Counted from the first letter of the whole stretch, positions 1 through 11,959 are shown. The stretch is DNA of 62,887 nucleotides, filler included, from Rhabdomonas costata (GCA_019059605.1; 49 parts of 49 records of this genome joined end to end with filler, not necessarily neighbours in it), one strand, 5' to 3'. Numbers and translations: made by a program. The notes: a model not told the origin generated them from the sequence alone.

Positions 1-171
1 CCTTAGATGTACAATTTCATTGTTTGGCAACTGTGCGTGGGCTGCACCCACCTGTCACTTTGTTACTTCCATGTCTGAATGAGTGGGAATGCCTTCCCCT
101 CGTTTCGTGATTCCTTAGATGTACAATTTCATTGTTTGGCAACTGTGCGTGGGCTGCACCCACCTGTCACT
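1..171. repeat. 59-bp exact direct repeat (1-59 and 113-171), period 112
   Basis: ccttagatgt...cctgtcact occurs twice; it is at a contig start, so probably a collapsed tandem repeat. Confidence 0.9.
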
Positions 172-1183
172 GGCTTTCCTCGTCTCAGTGTCTCAGTGCT
201 TTCCGCAGCCGGGAGCTATGGTGTGAATGGCTGTCTATTTTATATCTCGGGAGCATCGTTTCATATCATACCTTTGATTTTCAAGGATTTTTCTCTCGAA
301 AATGGCTAAGCAATTAGCTTTACCGTTTATCTCACACTGAGTGGTGTTGGACAGTGTTTTGCCGCTTGGCCAGGAAAACTGATTGCGCCGCGTTATGTAT
401 GTGTGGGTAAACCCCACCCCTGGCGTCACAAAAACGAGGCTTCCTGCTGGGCAGAGCTGTGGAAAAATTACCCGGGCTCAAAGAGTAAAAGATGAAATGT
501 GAACAAGCCGAGAAATCCGAGAAAAAAAACGGATCTACGAAACCCACACTGGTTTGAAGCCTGTGAACCCCATGTCCCACCTTCTCAGTTTCGGCGGAGG
601 CCCTTGCCCCTATTTCCTTTTTTCTTCGAGTATGAGGTGAGCTTCAGTAGAGATTTTTTTAACCCAAGGGAGCGAAGGGTAGCGATGTCCTTCCATTCGG
701 CTGGCTTCGCGCCTCTTGGCGGATCCCTGCGAACAGGGACCCCGACCTGGGCCCGCCGACAGAGCTCTGGGATCCCCGCAGGTGTTCGGGGGTGGCCCTT
801 GCTGTTGCAGGCCGGAAATGCCCCATTATTTTGAAATACGATGTGAATGACTTCATGCATGCCTATCTCATGCGTGAAGTCTCCTTTCTCGCCTCACTTC
901 GTCACCTCGTGCTACATATGCCTTCTGTTCCACAGCGGGGGAGTCGGGGCTGATCTCGCGGAACCGTTGAGGACAATTACAAACTTCCCTTTGCTATGAA
1001 CGGCCATTTTCTCGGAACCCTGGCCCCGCAAAACCCTATGTGGGAATTACATGGTCAAACGCTGTGCCTGTCCCCAATTTTGCACAGATTCACATTCACA
1101 GTTATTATGCTGATCTGCATGACCCCCCCCCCCCCACAAACCTATTTTTAGCCTGAATGCATAATTTGTTTTTACCCCACAAC

Positions 1184-1283
1184 NNNNNNNNNNNNNNNNN
1201 NNNNNNNNNNNNNNNNNNNNNNNNNNNTTAATTAATTAANNNNNNNNNNNNNNNNNNNNNNNNNNNNNNNNNNNNNNNNNNNN
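1184..1283. other. Artificial contig linker N44-TTAATTAATTAA-N44 (first of 48)
   Basis: An identical 100-nt spacer with stops in all six frames recurs about every 1285 nt. Confidence 0.99.
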
Positions 1284-1297
1284 GGGTTGTGGGTACC

Positions 1298-1477
1298 GCC
1301 GTCAAACCCTCCGGTGCAGCGGGCAGCGGGCAAGAAGCGGCACAAGATTGTACAATATATAAAATAATATAATAATAAAATATGTAATCATATATATGAG
1401 CCGCCAAAAATGGAAGTGACTGGCCTGGGGTGCAAGGACCAGCGCGCAGCCGTTTCCTGTGCTTCGGCTTAAGCCCT
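1298..1477. ncRNA. Candidate structured RNA/DNA motif, copy A
   Basis: Shares ordered blocks with 2579-2762 (GCYGTC, CCCTCCG, GGGCAAGAAGCGGC, GAGCCGCCAA, ACYGGCC, CAAGGACC, CGCAGC, TGCTTCGGCTTA, GCCCT), with covarying stems. Confidence 0.5.
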
Positions 1478-2039
1478 ATAGTCAGACATCGCTTCAAGTG
1501 CAAAAAAAAAATCGGTCACTTTTGACCAGTATGCTGTTCCAGCTGTTAGGCAGTTTTGAAGGTATGGAAGTTGGATCCTCGAGTGACTACAAAGTTTTCC
1601 GTTCTCCATTACGGGAGGGAGGAAGATGGTTCACAATTACCCGGAAAGGTGTAGACACTGGAGCTAAAACAAAGGACACTTTCGAGAAATTTACCCCCCA
1701 GGTTGAAGTTGAGAAGTCCTTGCTGTTCTCCAGAAATCGGTGACCGAGGTCCGGCTGCTGTCTCGTGCGTGGGACAAGGCGACCCAGTGGCTGCGTCGAC
1801 CTGAGGGATCTCTAGGTCGACAGTAGACGGTCCTCCTACCGTTCCCAACGAAGGGAAACAGCAAGAAAAGATAGTCAGCAGACCGCAGGCGCAGAAGACT
1901 CTTCAAAAATCTTTAGCAGAAGGAGAATGGTGATTGAGGAGTAGCTACGCTGGGGGGGTTCAACTTCACTGTGTCTGCAAAAGTCGAGTTTGAACTTCGG
2001 TTACACGTGACGTGGGGCCAAACTACTCAGTCCGCGGAC

Positions 2040-2466
2040 CGGCAGTGCCAGATGTCGAAGATTGGTTTAACTGCAGTTGTGCAACAACTAGGCAATGAGC
2101 ACTCTTGGTGATTTTGACATGAGACGTGACACTTTGACGGCAGAAACAGCAGTTCAACGTCATATCTCGACTACAGAAATGGGCCGAAGGTGACTGGGAG
2201 TCCCTTTGGAGTGAAGCCAAAGCATACGGTGCCGCCCTGACAGAATGCCAGAGCCGCAAGCACGCAGTTGAAACACCGGGCAATGATCCATAGACTCACC
2301 GCTGTCAGGCGATCCTGAGTACTTTGGCGAACCGGGGTTGCTCCAAAGCCGCAAGAGAGCTCGCATTGGCGGGAGTCCACGACTTGACGGCAGAGGTGCT
2401 ACAAAAGCTACGGGACCTGCACTCTGGCGGCGCAAGACTGGAGTCGCCTGCGTCCAACCCCAACAA
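2040..2466 (+). mobile_element. Degenerate CRE-clade non-LTR retrotransposon, pre-RT region
   Basis: The frame from 2168 reads RLQKWAEGDWESLWSEA...*...GCSKAARELALAGVHDLTAEVLQKLRDLH, matching the RL..W..G....LW and SKA...L...G.......V...L..LHP motifs of CRE-like ORFs; it has an in-frame stop. The start is approximate. Confidence 0.65.
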
Positions 2467-2578
2467 NNNNNNNNNNNNNNNNNNNNNNNNNNNNNNNNNN
2501 NNNNNNNNNNTTAATTAATTAANNNNNNNNNNNNNNNNNNNNNNNNNNNNNNNNNNNNNNNNNNNNTGTGTTGTGGGA

Positions 2579-2762
2579 GCTGTCGCCCTCCGCTGCATGG
2601 GGCAAGAAGCGGCGCAAAAGGGTTACGAAAGAGCCGCCAAGGGGCACTACAACCGGCCGAGGGTGAAAGATCGGCAATCTCCTGACCCCAAGGACCGGCC
2701 ACGCAGCGTTTCGGGAGGCCTGCTATATGCAAAAGACCCCAGGCCTGCTTCGGCTTAGCCCT
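2579..2762. ncRNA. Candidate structured RNA/DNA motif, copy B
   Basis: Homologous to 1298-1477; the extra inserts are self-complementary (GGGT/ACCC, AGGCCT/AGGCCT). Confidence 0.5.
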
Positions 2763-3860
2763 CTTAAAACCCTCACGAAAGCACTGAGTTGTAGAATTAT
2801 TTTCCATTTCGAGTTTTCTCATGTGCTCTAAAGAAGCCGTTTTACCTTGCGCTTCCTGATTAAAATACTCTACCGCGAAATTTCTGCTACTGCATGGTGT
2901 CGGCTACACCAACACCGCGACTTTATGGGTAGTTCAGGAATTATTCAGCGCTATTTGGACGTTGCTACGACTTTCCGAGCGTGATTAAATTTCCTCCTTT
3001 GAGGTTCCGCGGCCGATTTTTTTTTGCAGACTTACCGTTTCAGTTGCAATGCTCATTTTTGACATGACCCGTGCCGTAGCACGTGAACATTTAATCAAAC
3101 GCATTATACGTGTACATGTACGTCATCACATGCCAGATTCAACGGCACAGAACGTTACGTGCGAGAGTAATCGTGATGATAATCGTGGTTTCCCCGAGAA
3201 AGCAGAAAAACCCATGTAAAGCAAATAAAACTTGACCTACTGTCCCACGCGTGCGCTTCAGGAGTGGAAAGAAAAATGCTGCATAACCTCGTAAACACGA
3301 ACTGAAACAGAACCCAACTTCTTTGATAAGCAACACCACTGCAAAAACCTGGAGTTAAAGCTTCGGCCGAGCCCTCAGGTGACCCTGCAAAGTGCAAAAC
3401 GACTGTGCAGAACTGAGCGGAAAGCAAACCGATCCGTTCTCTTGTTAGAAGCTTCCCTGCAAAAACAGTTCAGCAATGGATTCATGGGTTCCCTAAGGCT
3501 GCGTGCCGTCAAATGATGAACCGAAAAAACAATAAGCTCTAGCCATCTCATCATCATCTCAGAAGGATGCACCGGAGGTCAAAATGAGGGAAAATCAGAT
3601 GCGTTGCGCATCAAAATTGTCATGCTATGAGTATGCTGCCGTTGGGGCTCGGACCCAAAAATCTGGCATTATTGTTGAGACTTTCCAAATAAAGGCACAC
3701 ACTGTCCCAGTCACCCAAACCAAGCGCAATTCAAATGCAAATTCGCAAAACACNNNNNNNNNNNNNNNNNNNNNNNNNNNNNNNNNNNNNNNNNNNNTTA
3801 ATTAATTAANNNNNNNNNNNNNNNNNNNNNNNNNNNNNNNNNNNNNNNNNNNNGGGTGGG

Positions 3861-3991
3861 GGTGGCCCGGTCTCCCCTTCGGCCTCTGGAGGGTCCGCTG
3901 GGCAGCTTCCGAGGGGGTTCATTCCCAGGGGAGGGGTGGTGGTGGCCCGGTCTCCCCTTCGGCCTCTGGAGGGTCCGCTGGGCAGCTTCCG
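3861..3991. repeat. 51-bp exact direct repeat, period 80
   Basis: ggtggcccggtctcc...gcagcttccg at 3861-3911 and 3941-3991. Confidence 0.9.
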
Positions 3992-6900
3992 CCGCGAAGG
4001 CGGGAGAAGGGACGTGCGGGGAAGGGCTCCCGCCGGGCACTACGGCAGGAGGCCCAGCTCTCTCCGCAATGAGTCGGGACAGCGGGAGGTGTGGGAATGC
4101 AGTGGAAATGAGTGAAATGATTCCAAAGTTGTGCACGTGTTCATGGACGTGAGTTTTCTGAGTTTTCTGCCAAAGGGAGATAAAAGGAATAAGATCTAAT
4201 TAATCTTGGGCATAACTTATGTTTGGTAAAACCCCCCCTCCCCGTTTGTAAGCATCTTGGATCTTGGAAAAGCTTCCCCACTGTGGAAACCCCACGGAAC
4301 ACGTGCATCGTGCGTGTGTGTGTGTGGGGGGGTGTTCACCAACCAGAGTTATGCCCCACATGCCCCACACTTTTAGGATGCAACAACCCTTCGAGGGAAC
4401 CTTGCCGCAGGGGTCAAGATGCCACGGGTTATCACCCTCTGAATCTGCCTCCTCGCAGCGCACGAGCTGTGTTCTCACCACTCTCATCTCCACATTAACT
4501 TGCCTAGCAACTCGTCCATGGCTTGTTTTGGGGGATCAAATCTGTTTTTGTGGGTTCGGTTGTTCTCTCCCAGTTCGCTTGATCACGAGGATGTGGGTGA
4601 GGCCTTCCTTTCTTATTTCCTTCCCTTTTTCTCAGATGATTGCTGCGTCTCACCCCTCCTGTGAGGCTGCGCGGTTATAACGGGATGGTGGGCAGCCGCC
4701 ATTGTTCCCTTTCTGTGATTTATCCGTACCGACGCCTCCATCCCTGGGAATTTGATGCCCATCAACTCCAGTTCTCGTCAAATCTTTGTCTTCTGAGTTG
4801 TACTTTCCGCATGCTTTTCTCGTTTTTCGCCATATTTGCGCTGTTTTTCCTTCTACCACCACCCCGCAAAAACCATTTGAGCAGGCAAAGGCTCCAGCCG
4901 AGTGTACGATGCATTTCGCCAGTGCTTCGCGAGAAGAAGATTCGCAGTTAAGGGCGGCGGTGTCGTTAGCTCGTCGACGGCATGGCGCTGCGCCCGTTTC
5001 CGTACCTTCTGCATCGTTGCCTGTCCGCCTGTTGAGAAGNNNNNNNNNNNNNNNNNNNNNNNNNNNNNNNNNNNNNNNNNNNNTTAATTAATTAANNNNN
5101 NNNNNNNNNNNNNNNNNNNNNNNNNNNNNNNNNNNNNNNGTGTGGGTGTGTTTGGGGTGTTTGGTAACTGTGGTTACTATGTGTGTTTTTATGGTTTCTT
5201 CTAACTTTTGTTTTGGGATTGGGAAAGAGAGAACTTTAAACTAAATTCATACCGAAATCAGTGAAAGTTTTTTGTACAGTAAGTAGGTGTCAGTAAACCG
5301 TGCCCTTAGCAAGGACGGGGTTCGGGAGACCGAGCCCTCTCAGCATACCATCGTGTGGTAGACTAGCAAAGGTAAGGTCTATGTCACTTGCGAAGTAAGA
5401 ACTGCCGATGCCCTGCCAATGGAGACGATGCTTCCGAGGAAGAGGAAGAGAGACGTGAAGCCCAACGGCAAAGGTAGCATTACCACCTGAGGCCTTGATC
5501 CGTTGTCAAGATCATTCAGTTTAAAGAAGCGGAAGGGAACAGGTGATGCAGTATGCTGATACCGGTTGTGGGGGGGAGAGAGACGTGATGCCAAGCTGAT
5601 GGTGAGGTTGATGCGTAAGATGCGTAACCTGACGTTGTCATGCCGATGTAAGAGATGGATGATGGCAGTCATGCTCGTCACACTCGGCATTCAGCCTCCT
5701 GTTCCTCCTGTTCCGAAGAAGGGATGTTGATGTAGATGGTTTACCGCCTGACGATGGTTACGATCACCGATAGTTCGCTCCCCGCTTCATCGCTTCATGG
5801 TACGCTCACCGATAGTTTACTCCACCGGCATAAGCACGGTTGCGTTCACTCAAGGGATGCTTTCTGTTGATCACGTGTTGATGCCATGGTTCGTTTCGCC
5901 ACCATTAGGAGCCTTCACTCACTGGGTCACTCTTGTCACATTAGGACTCACTGCATAATGCTTCCTGTTCCTCCTGTTCTTTGCATACGTTTTGTTTATC
6001 ACGGTTTACATTCAAACTCGCTACGCTCTATACCCAACTCTCCGATGCACTTAGTGTGGGGCTGATGATCGCATAGCCATACACAACGGTACGGTTTCAA
6101 CCTCAGCTCTATCCCACGTATGGAAACGCTACACCGACCAACATTGAGTGTACTACGTGAAGGATACTCATACGCATACTCCGCTGTTCTACCGGTCTGC
6201 TGGCCATGTCAACGTGCCACTCCTTAGGTGACGGGCTGCCTACCTGTGATAGCTCGCTACTTCTACCACAGTCGGATTTCTGGGTACTGACAAATCCCCA
6301 ACCAACCACCCGAGAGACTAGGGGNNNNNNNNNNNNNNNNNNNNNNNNNNNNNNNNNNNNNNNNNNNNTTAATTAATTAANNNNNNNNNNNNNNNNNNNN
6401 NNNNNNNNNNNNNNNNNNNNNNNNGGGTTGGTTGTGTGATCGTGATGTATGACAACCTGGCCGCTTTGGGACCTTGGGAGGGGGTAATGGTTTACAAAGG
6501 CAACAGGAAGCTGACTGAAAAGTTGTCTTGAGTCTGGTTACTATTCCAGCATCCTGAAAACCCGGCAAACAGCCAGGCAGCAAATATTGCTGGCTAAGGG
6601 CAAGCCTGGTGTGGGCTTTCATGGACGACAGGAATTGTTTCAGCGGCTGAGGAGGGAACGTGAGCACTGAAGTGGTAAAATGCTGCAGTCAGGTTGGAGC
6701 AATTGGTAACCATAACCACTCCATATCCCAAGGTCCTCAGCATTGCATGCTGATGAGGACGTAGGCATAAAAACCGAATCCAAAGATGAACAACCTGGAA
6801 GAAGGAACCTGCGGAAAGCACCCATGAATAACACAGCAGAGGAGGGAGGAGGGGTGCACGAAGCAGGCACACGATAAACGAATGTGAAGAACCATAAAGA

Positions 6901-7765
6901 CAAAAGAAGAACGTTTGATTTAACATGATCACGAAAAAAAGCATGAGTATATGAATGTAGGATGTATTTTTTGCTGCACTCCCGTCGAGTTTCCAGTAAC
7001 CCTGCACGGAAGAAAAAACGTCGAGGGACGAGAAGTATAGCATAATAATGCGGTGGACTGAGATGGGGGTTGGGAGGTTCAGAAGTGAAGAGAGAGGGGT
7101 GGACGAAGATTTTGTGACTTGCATATGGCAGACACACCTTTTGTGGCAGCTAACACCAGCACTCTTTTGTCCCGTCAGATGTGTGCATCGTAATCAACAG
7201 CAATGCGCTCGTATGTGCAGATGACAGTCAACCACAGTAGGAAGCAGGCAAGCACGATGTATTCCCGTTCAGCAGGGGGCTGCACATACAATCCGGTAAA
7301 CGCACAAAGACTGGCCTTACAAAAACGCGAATGGCGAACGGGAAAACTCACAACCCGGCAAGGACACGACACCATGACACTGTGCCCCAAAAACATCGAT
7401 CTCCTCCAAATCACTTCCTACTTGGTAAGCAGCTACGAGAAGAGCCACCGTGAGGAAGGAAGAGGGCACAAGAAAACACATGGCTCGACTGCTAGCCTTT
7501 ACAGGCTAACTGACGAGCACTTGCACACATACACACATCCACGCAAAAAGTTGCGTCATAGAGATGCGACGTGATATTTCAAACCCAAACCAAACACACC
7601 CACCACNNNNNNNNNNNNNNNNNNNNNNNNNNNNNNNNNNNNNNNNNNNNTTAATTAATTAANNNNNNNNNNNNNNNNNNNNNNNNNNNNNNNNNNNNNN
7701 NNNNNNGTGTTGGGTGTGTGTGGGGTGTTGGTTGATAAGCAGACAGAAAAACGAAAGCAGGGTAC

Positions 7766-8621
7766 CGTCCAGTCGGGAGTAAGGGTACATGCGAAACTGT
7801 AAGAGCTCCTCCACAAGGTCCAGAACAGATGTCATCTGACTGAATAGCAGTACCTGTGCGCGTCAGATACGTGTGCCATAATGCACAATCCTGAAAAGAT
7901 TGACAGTGGTGTGGGTGACCAGGACATCTTCATCTGCAATCCCAGCCGACTCGAACCCCAATTTTGAATCCGACCACGGCTTCTGAAGTGCCAGTTTGAA
8001 AAAAGAAAATACACCTTGTGCCGTGAAGCCCTCAGGTTGGCCAACATTCTGTCCAGCACCTCAAACTTTCCGGAACTCCTGAGGGCGTAAGATTGTTTCA
8101 AAAGGGGAAACGACAAACTGCAAGGGAGAAAATGTATCTCGAAAATGGCAGGAACCCTGCCGATGCCGATGCACAAAGGTTCGCAATGACACGATGCCAG
8201 TGAACAAAATCACATGACTTGCAGCGGATGAAAGTTTGCACGGGATCAGTAATGTTCTTCCATACTGACATTCGCGAGTTATCATTCTGACCCCCCCTCC
8301 CCTCTCCCGCGCGTTCTGACTCGCTCATCAGGACTGCATCTACTAGATCGCTGCCCTTCGAACGGAAACCTTCCAGCAACTGAGAGGATCAAGGCAAAGA
8401 ATTGGAAAAGGGCGAGATGTCAAGTGTGGCAACGACGGGTACCGGATCAGCAGGTCCATTGCCCGGGCACAGGTGTCCTCGCCGGCGTCAGGAGGTGCCA
8501 AAAAGAGGCTGGGGTAGTCCTCATACATTAGGTAGGGGTGGTTGCAGACCTTCCGCAGCTGCATCACAATGTTGTTCAGCGCTCGCCGCGACGGGGGCTC
8601 AGCCCCTCCAGCACTCCAAAG
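7766..8621 (-). CDS. SNF2-family chromatin-remodelling ATPase, partial, 3 exons (8621-8443, 8078-8015, 7853-7766)
   Basis: Phase-consistent GT-AG splicing gives LNNIVMQLRKVCNHPYL...LIRSSGKFEVLDRML...HKVLLFSQMTSVLDLVEELL...YSRLDG. Confidence 0.95.
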
Positions 8622-9046
8622 CTACCGAAATCCATGCAACATCGCATTGCAGGGGAAGCACGAATCCCCACAATTTCACTGTGAAAGAATCACATCCATT
8701 AAAACCACAACATCAAAGACAAGAAAAGGTATCAATCAAATCGGAGAGTGGAAGGTAAGGTTGCCCAACCCCATGCGCCGCTACGCGTCGCGTGGGGGGG
8801 TGTCGCCGCTTTGGTTGCGTTGGCGGCCAACAGCAACCGCAGAATGGCCGTACCACGCCGTCAGGTGAAGAGGCGTGCGCCCGCCCCCCCCCNNNNNNNN
8901 NNNNNNNNNNNNNNNNNNNNNNNNNNNNNNNNNNNNTTAATTAATTAANNNNNNNNNNNNNNNNNNNNNNNNNNNNNNNNNNNNNNNNNNNNGGTTGTGG
9001 GTCTCCATAGCGCTTCCCCATCCTCTCCCTTCTCCTGGCAAGCGCT

Positions 9047-9260
9047 ATGGAGACCCCCACTCCAGCGCCGCCCCTGCACCCCTTGGCTGTGGCAAAGCTG
9101 TTTGTCCCTGACGCCAACGCGCTGCCTCTGATCCTTCCCGAGACGAAGGCCGTGGGGCGGGTCTGGATCCCCTTCCAGTACATTATCCGCACCGGGGGCA
9201 TCGATCGCTACCTCAACAACCACCCTCATGCCCCATCGCTCTGCATGCTGTTCCAGAACG
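9047..9260 (+). CDS. First exon of a kinetoplastid-type CCCH zinc-finger protein (CSBP/ZC3H39-40-like)
   Basis: METP...VWIPFQYIIRTGG...PSLCMLFQNG|GT resembles the IP....PT....PSLC.LF..GRC motif (recalled); a pyrimidine tract and AG precede the ATG. Confidence 0.6.
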
Positions 9261-10278
9261 GTTTGCAAGGCGGGGGGGGGGTATTTTCGGAAGAAGGTAC
9301 TCTCTGAAGGTACTCTCGAAAGCCATCCTTTCTCCTGAGCGCCCCCGTTGCCCCACTTCTTTGTTCTGCTGCTTGACCACGGACGTTTGTGCCTTAGGAC
9401 CTTTGCTTCTCTCTAATTGTTGCAAAAAGAAGTTAAAACGTCACCAAGAACAAGTATGCGTGGGAGAATGAAGAGAGAGCACATCAAAAGGGAGAAAGGG
9501 CGTGATCGAGGAAAAAGCTCGATAGTGTACCCTTTCCTGTAGTGTTTCGGTCCCCCAGTTCGCTGCTGCCCCTCTTCTCTCGGTCCCCTTGTCTTTCTTC
9601 AATCTTTGACAGTCCACTTCCCCATCTTTTCTGCATTGCACTGTGCATAGAGTCCTTCCTTCCTGCTACTTTCGGTTGTTCTTGTGCCTCGCTGTTTTCT
9701 TTTGCGTGGTGAACATTGCACAGTGAACAATTGCTGTTGTTATAAATACTGTTTCCAGATAAAACTCGATCGAAAAAAGGCTTAATCTTAAAAGCATGGA
9801 AGGTGGTTTATAATAAAAACATACCCGCCATGATGCCTCTGAAGCTTTTCATTGGCGAGCAACTGCCTTGGGGACACCAGAATATCTCATCTCTACTCAC
9901 ATTTGACTTTATTGCGTATTCCGCGCTCACTAATATTCGCTTGAGAAGTAAATCAAGCCTCGTGACAACTGGTTGGTGTTTCCATTCACAATTTGGAACG
10001 CCAGATCAGAAATTACTCAGAATGCAATTCCAAATAACTATTGACACTGCTTTCCTAAGCTTTGACTCCACAAAGAACGAACAAGCCTCCCCAAAAACCA
10101 CAGACAATCACACCGAGCGTGAGCGTCTTCACCAAATGATGAGGGAGGCAAAAGAAAAAAAACCATGGAACCAAAACANNNNNNNNNNNNNNNNNNNNNN
10201 NNNNNNNNNNNNNNNNNNNNNNTTAATTAATTAANNNNNNNNNNNNNNNNNNNNNNNNNNNNNNNNNNNNNNNNNNNN

Positions 10279-10933
10279 GACCCATCAGTGAAGAGTTCCT
10301 TCACGGTGAGGGTGCTGGGCATTGCCCCCGAGACGCAGTTCTGCATTGGGTTTACGAAGGTTTCTGTGTGCATCAACTTTCAACTTGTGTTCTGACCCTT
10401 CCCCGGAGGTTCCTTGCTTCACGATCTTCACGGGGACTTCTCTCTTGCTTTATCCCGTGTTCACCCAATGCCTCCAATTCTTCCTGTTGTGTTCGCTTCT
10501 TCCAGTATTTTTGCCTTTTTAGGCCCTTGGAAGCAAACAGCAATCTGCCAATTTTAGGGTTTCCTTTCTACAATGCATCCCGGCCTAGGCGCCGTCTCCG
10601 CAAGTTTGGGCCATCGAAGCTGACTGGTGCTTTTGCCTCTGATGTAGGCTGCAGTCGATCTCCGGGTGTCGGACCAGCACTGGCTGGGCTCCGCGGAGCT
10701 TCCCGGCAGCGTGGCCCTGGTGAGCGTTGGGGGGATGGTAAGTCTGATGAGTGATGGCCGTCAGCTTCAGGCTCTGCCGGGGTGCCCTCCGTTCGCCGAG
10801 GGGGACTGCCTTCGGGTGCAGATTCGCCATAAAATGGCCTCCTTTCACCGCAATGGGGTGCAGCTTGGAGGCGGGATCGGGCCTCTGGAGGAGCTGTACC
10901 GCTACGCGATCTCTTTGACCGGGGTGGAAAAAG
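10279..10933 (+). CDS. SPRY/B30.2-like domain protein, partial (exons 10279-10359 and 10648-~10933)
   Basis: SFTVRVLG...FCIGFTK | ...FAEGDCLRVQI...SFHRNGVQLG...YRYAISL; phase-0 GT-AG intron. Confidence 0.7.
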
Positions 10934-11108
10934 GCAGAACACCAAACGAAGCCAGACCCGTGTTTGTTTATTTTCGCTTTTGTGCACTCATCGCCCATAT
11001 GACTGTTTCACCTTCACCTCTTTCTGTGTAGGACGACTCCTTTTCTGCGCGTGCTTTCATATCTGGTGCTTTCACACCTTTCACACCTTTCACGAGTCCC
11101 CGATTCAA

Positions 11109-11464
11109 ATGATGTGCGCCTTGTTTTTTGCTACGTGTGGCCTGTTGTGTGGGGGCCTCTCCATTCTCACGGTGGGGCTACTGGTGGGCTTTGAGGCGGG
11201 CACCAGTGGTGCGGTGGTTGGTATATGCCTGGCTCTTAGCGCGGTGCAGTGGGGTGTGATGCGGTGGCAGTTTAGCCACTGCCTTTTGGCGCGCGGCCGT
11301 TCCAGCACATACTACTGCAGCAGTCGACGGCCATGGTGGTGGTGGTTGGTGTGGGCGGAGGTTCATGCGGTGCAGAGGGAGTTGGCCGCCCTGCACTCCC
11401 ATCGTCAGGACGACATGCTTCGGTTCCTGAGCAACCTCTCGCACGAGCTCAACACCAACCTCAA
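11109..11464 (+). CDS. Membrane-anchored histidine kinase, N-terminal part (2 TM + HisKA H-box)
   Basis: Two hydrophobic segments followed by RFLSNLSHELNTNL; truncated by the contig end. Confidence 0.75.
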
Positions 11465-11959
11465 NNNNNNNNNNNNNNNNNNNNNNNNNNNNNNNNNNNN
11501 NNNNNNNNTTAATTAATTAANNNNNNNNNNNNNNNNNNNNNNNNNNNNNNNNNNNNNNNNNNNNGTGGGGTGTGTGAAAAAACCGGTGAGAAAAAAGAAG
11601 GGTCGGCAAAAACTGAGCAGTGTGATCACGCAAAGTGTTCCAGCGAGCACTCGAGGGAAGACCATGACAGCATAAGCCCTGTCAGTCCCCGTCATAAAAC
11701 AACACATACCCCTCCGCGCATTGGCGAGGCCTTGCCGTGAGCTCAGCACACAGCAATTTCCGGTGAGCCCAAGATGGGTTTGAACCGTTCGAATGGCACT
11801 GATTCTAGGGAGAAAGACAGGGAGGCTAGAAAGTTGCCGGCGCCGTTGAAAAGGCTTCCGCTGCAGTGCAGCTTCTGGTAAAATTTTCAGCGATGTCACG
11901 AATCGATTATTTTCCTATCCACCGTCGGCAAAAAGATGTGGTGCAGTCTATGCCCATGC

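Noticed and set aside
1298-1477. Assignment of the shared motif to pistol (GCTTAAGCCCTA), twister (GGTCC...GGAGGG on minus), hairpin (GTC/AGAA) or HDV ribozymes
   Set aside because: Each match is partial; required elements (UAAAU/AAGCG, UAA/AAGC, loop B, P3/P1.1) are missing.
5140-5165. G/T-rich contig ends as telomeric repeats
   Set aside because: There is no TTAGGG periodicity; they match a WGA primer plus degenerate G/T bases.
5310-5366. Minus-strand hammerhead-like order (GTC, stem, CTGAGAG, GGG/CCC, GAAC)
   Set aside because: It has a 2-nt insertion, lacks N7, has GAAC instead of GAAA, and stem III cannot pair.
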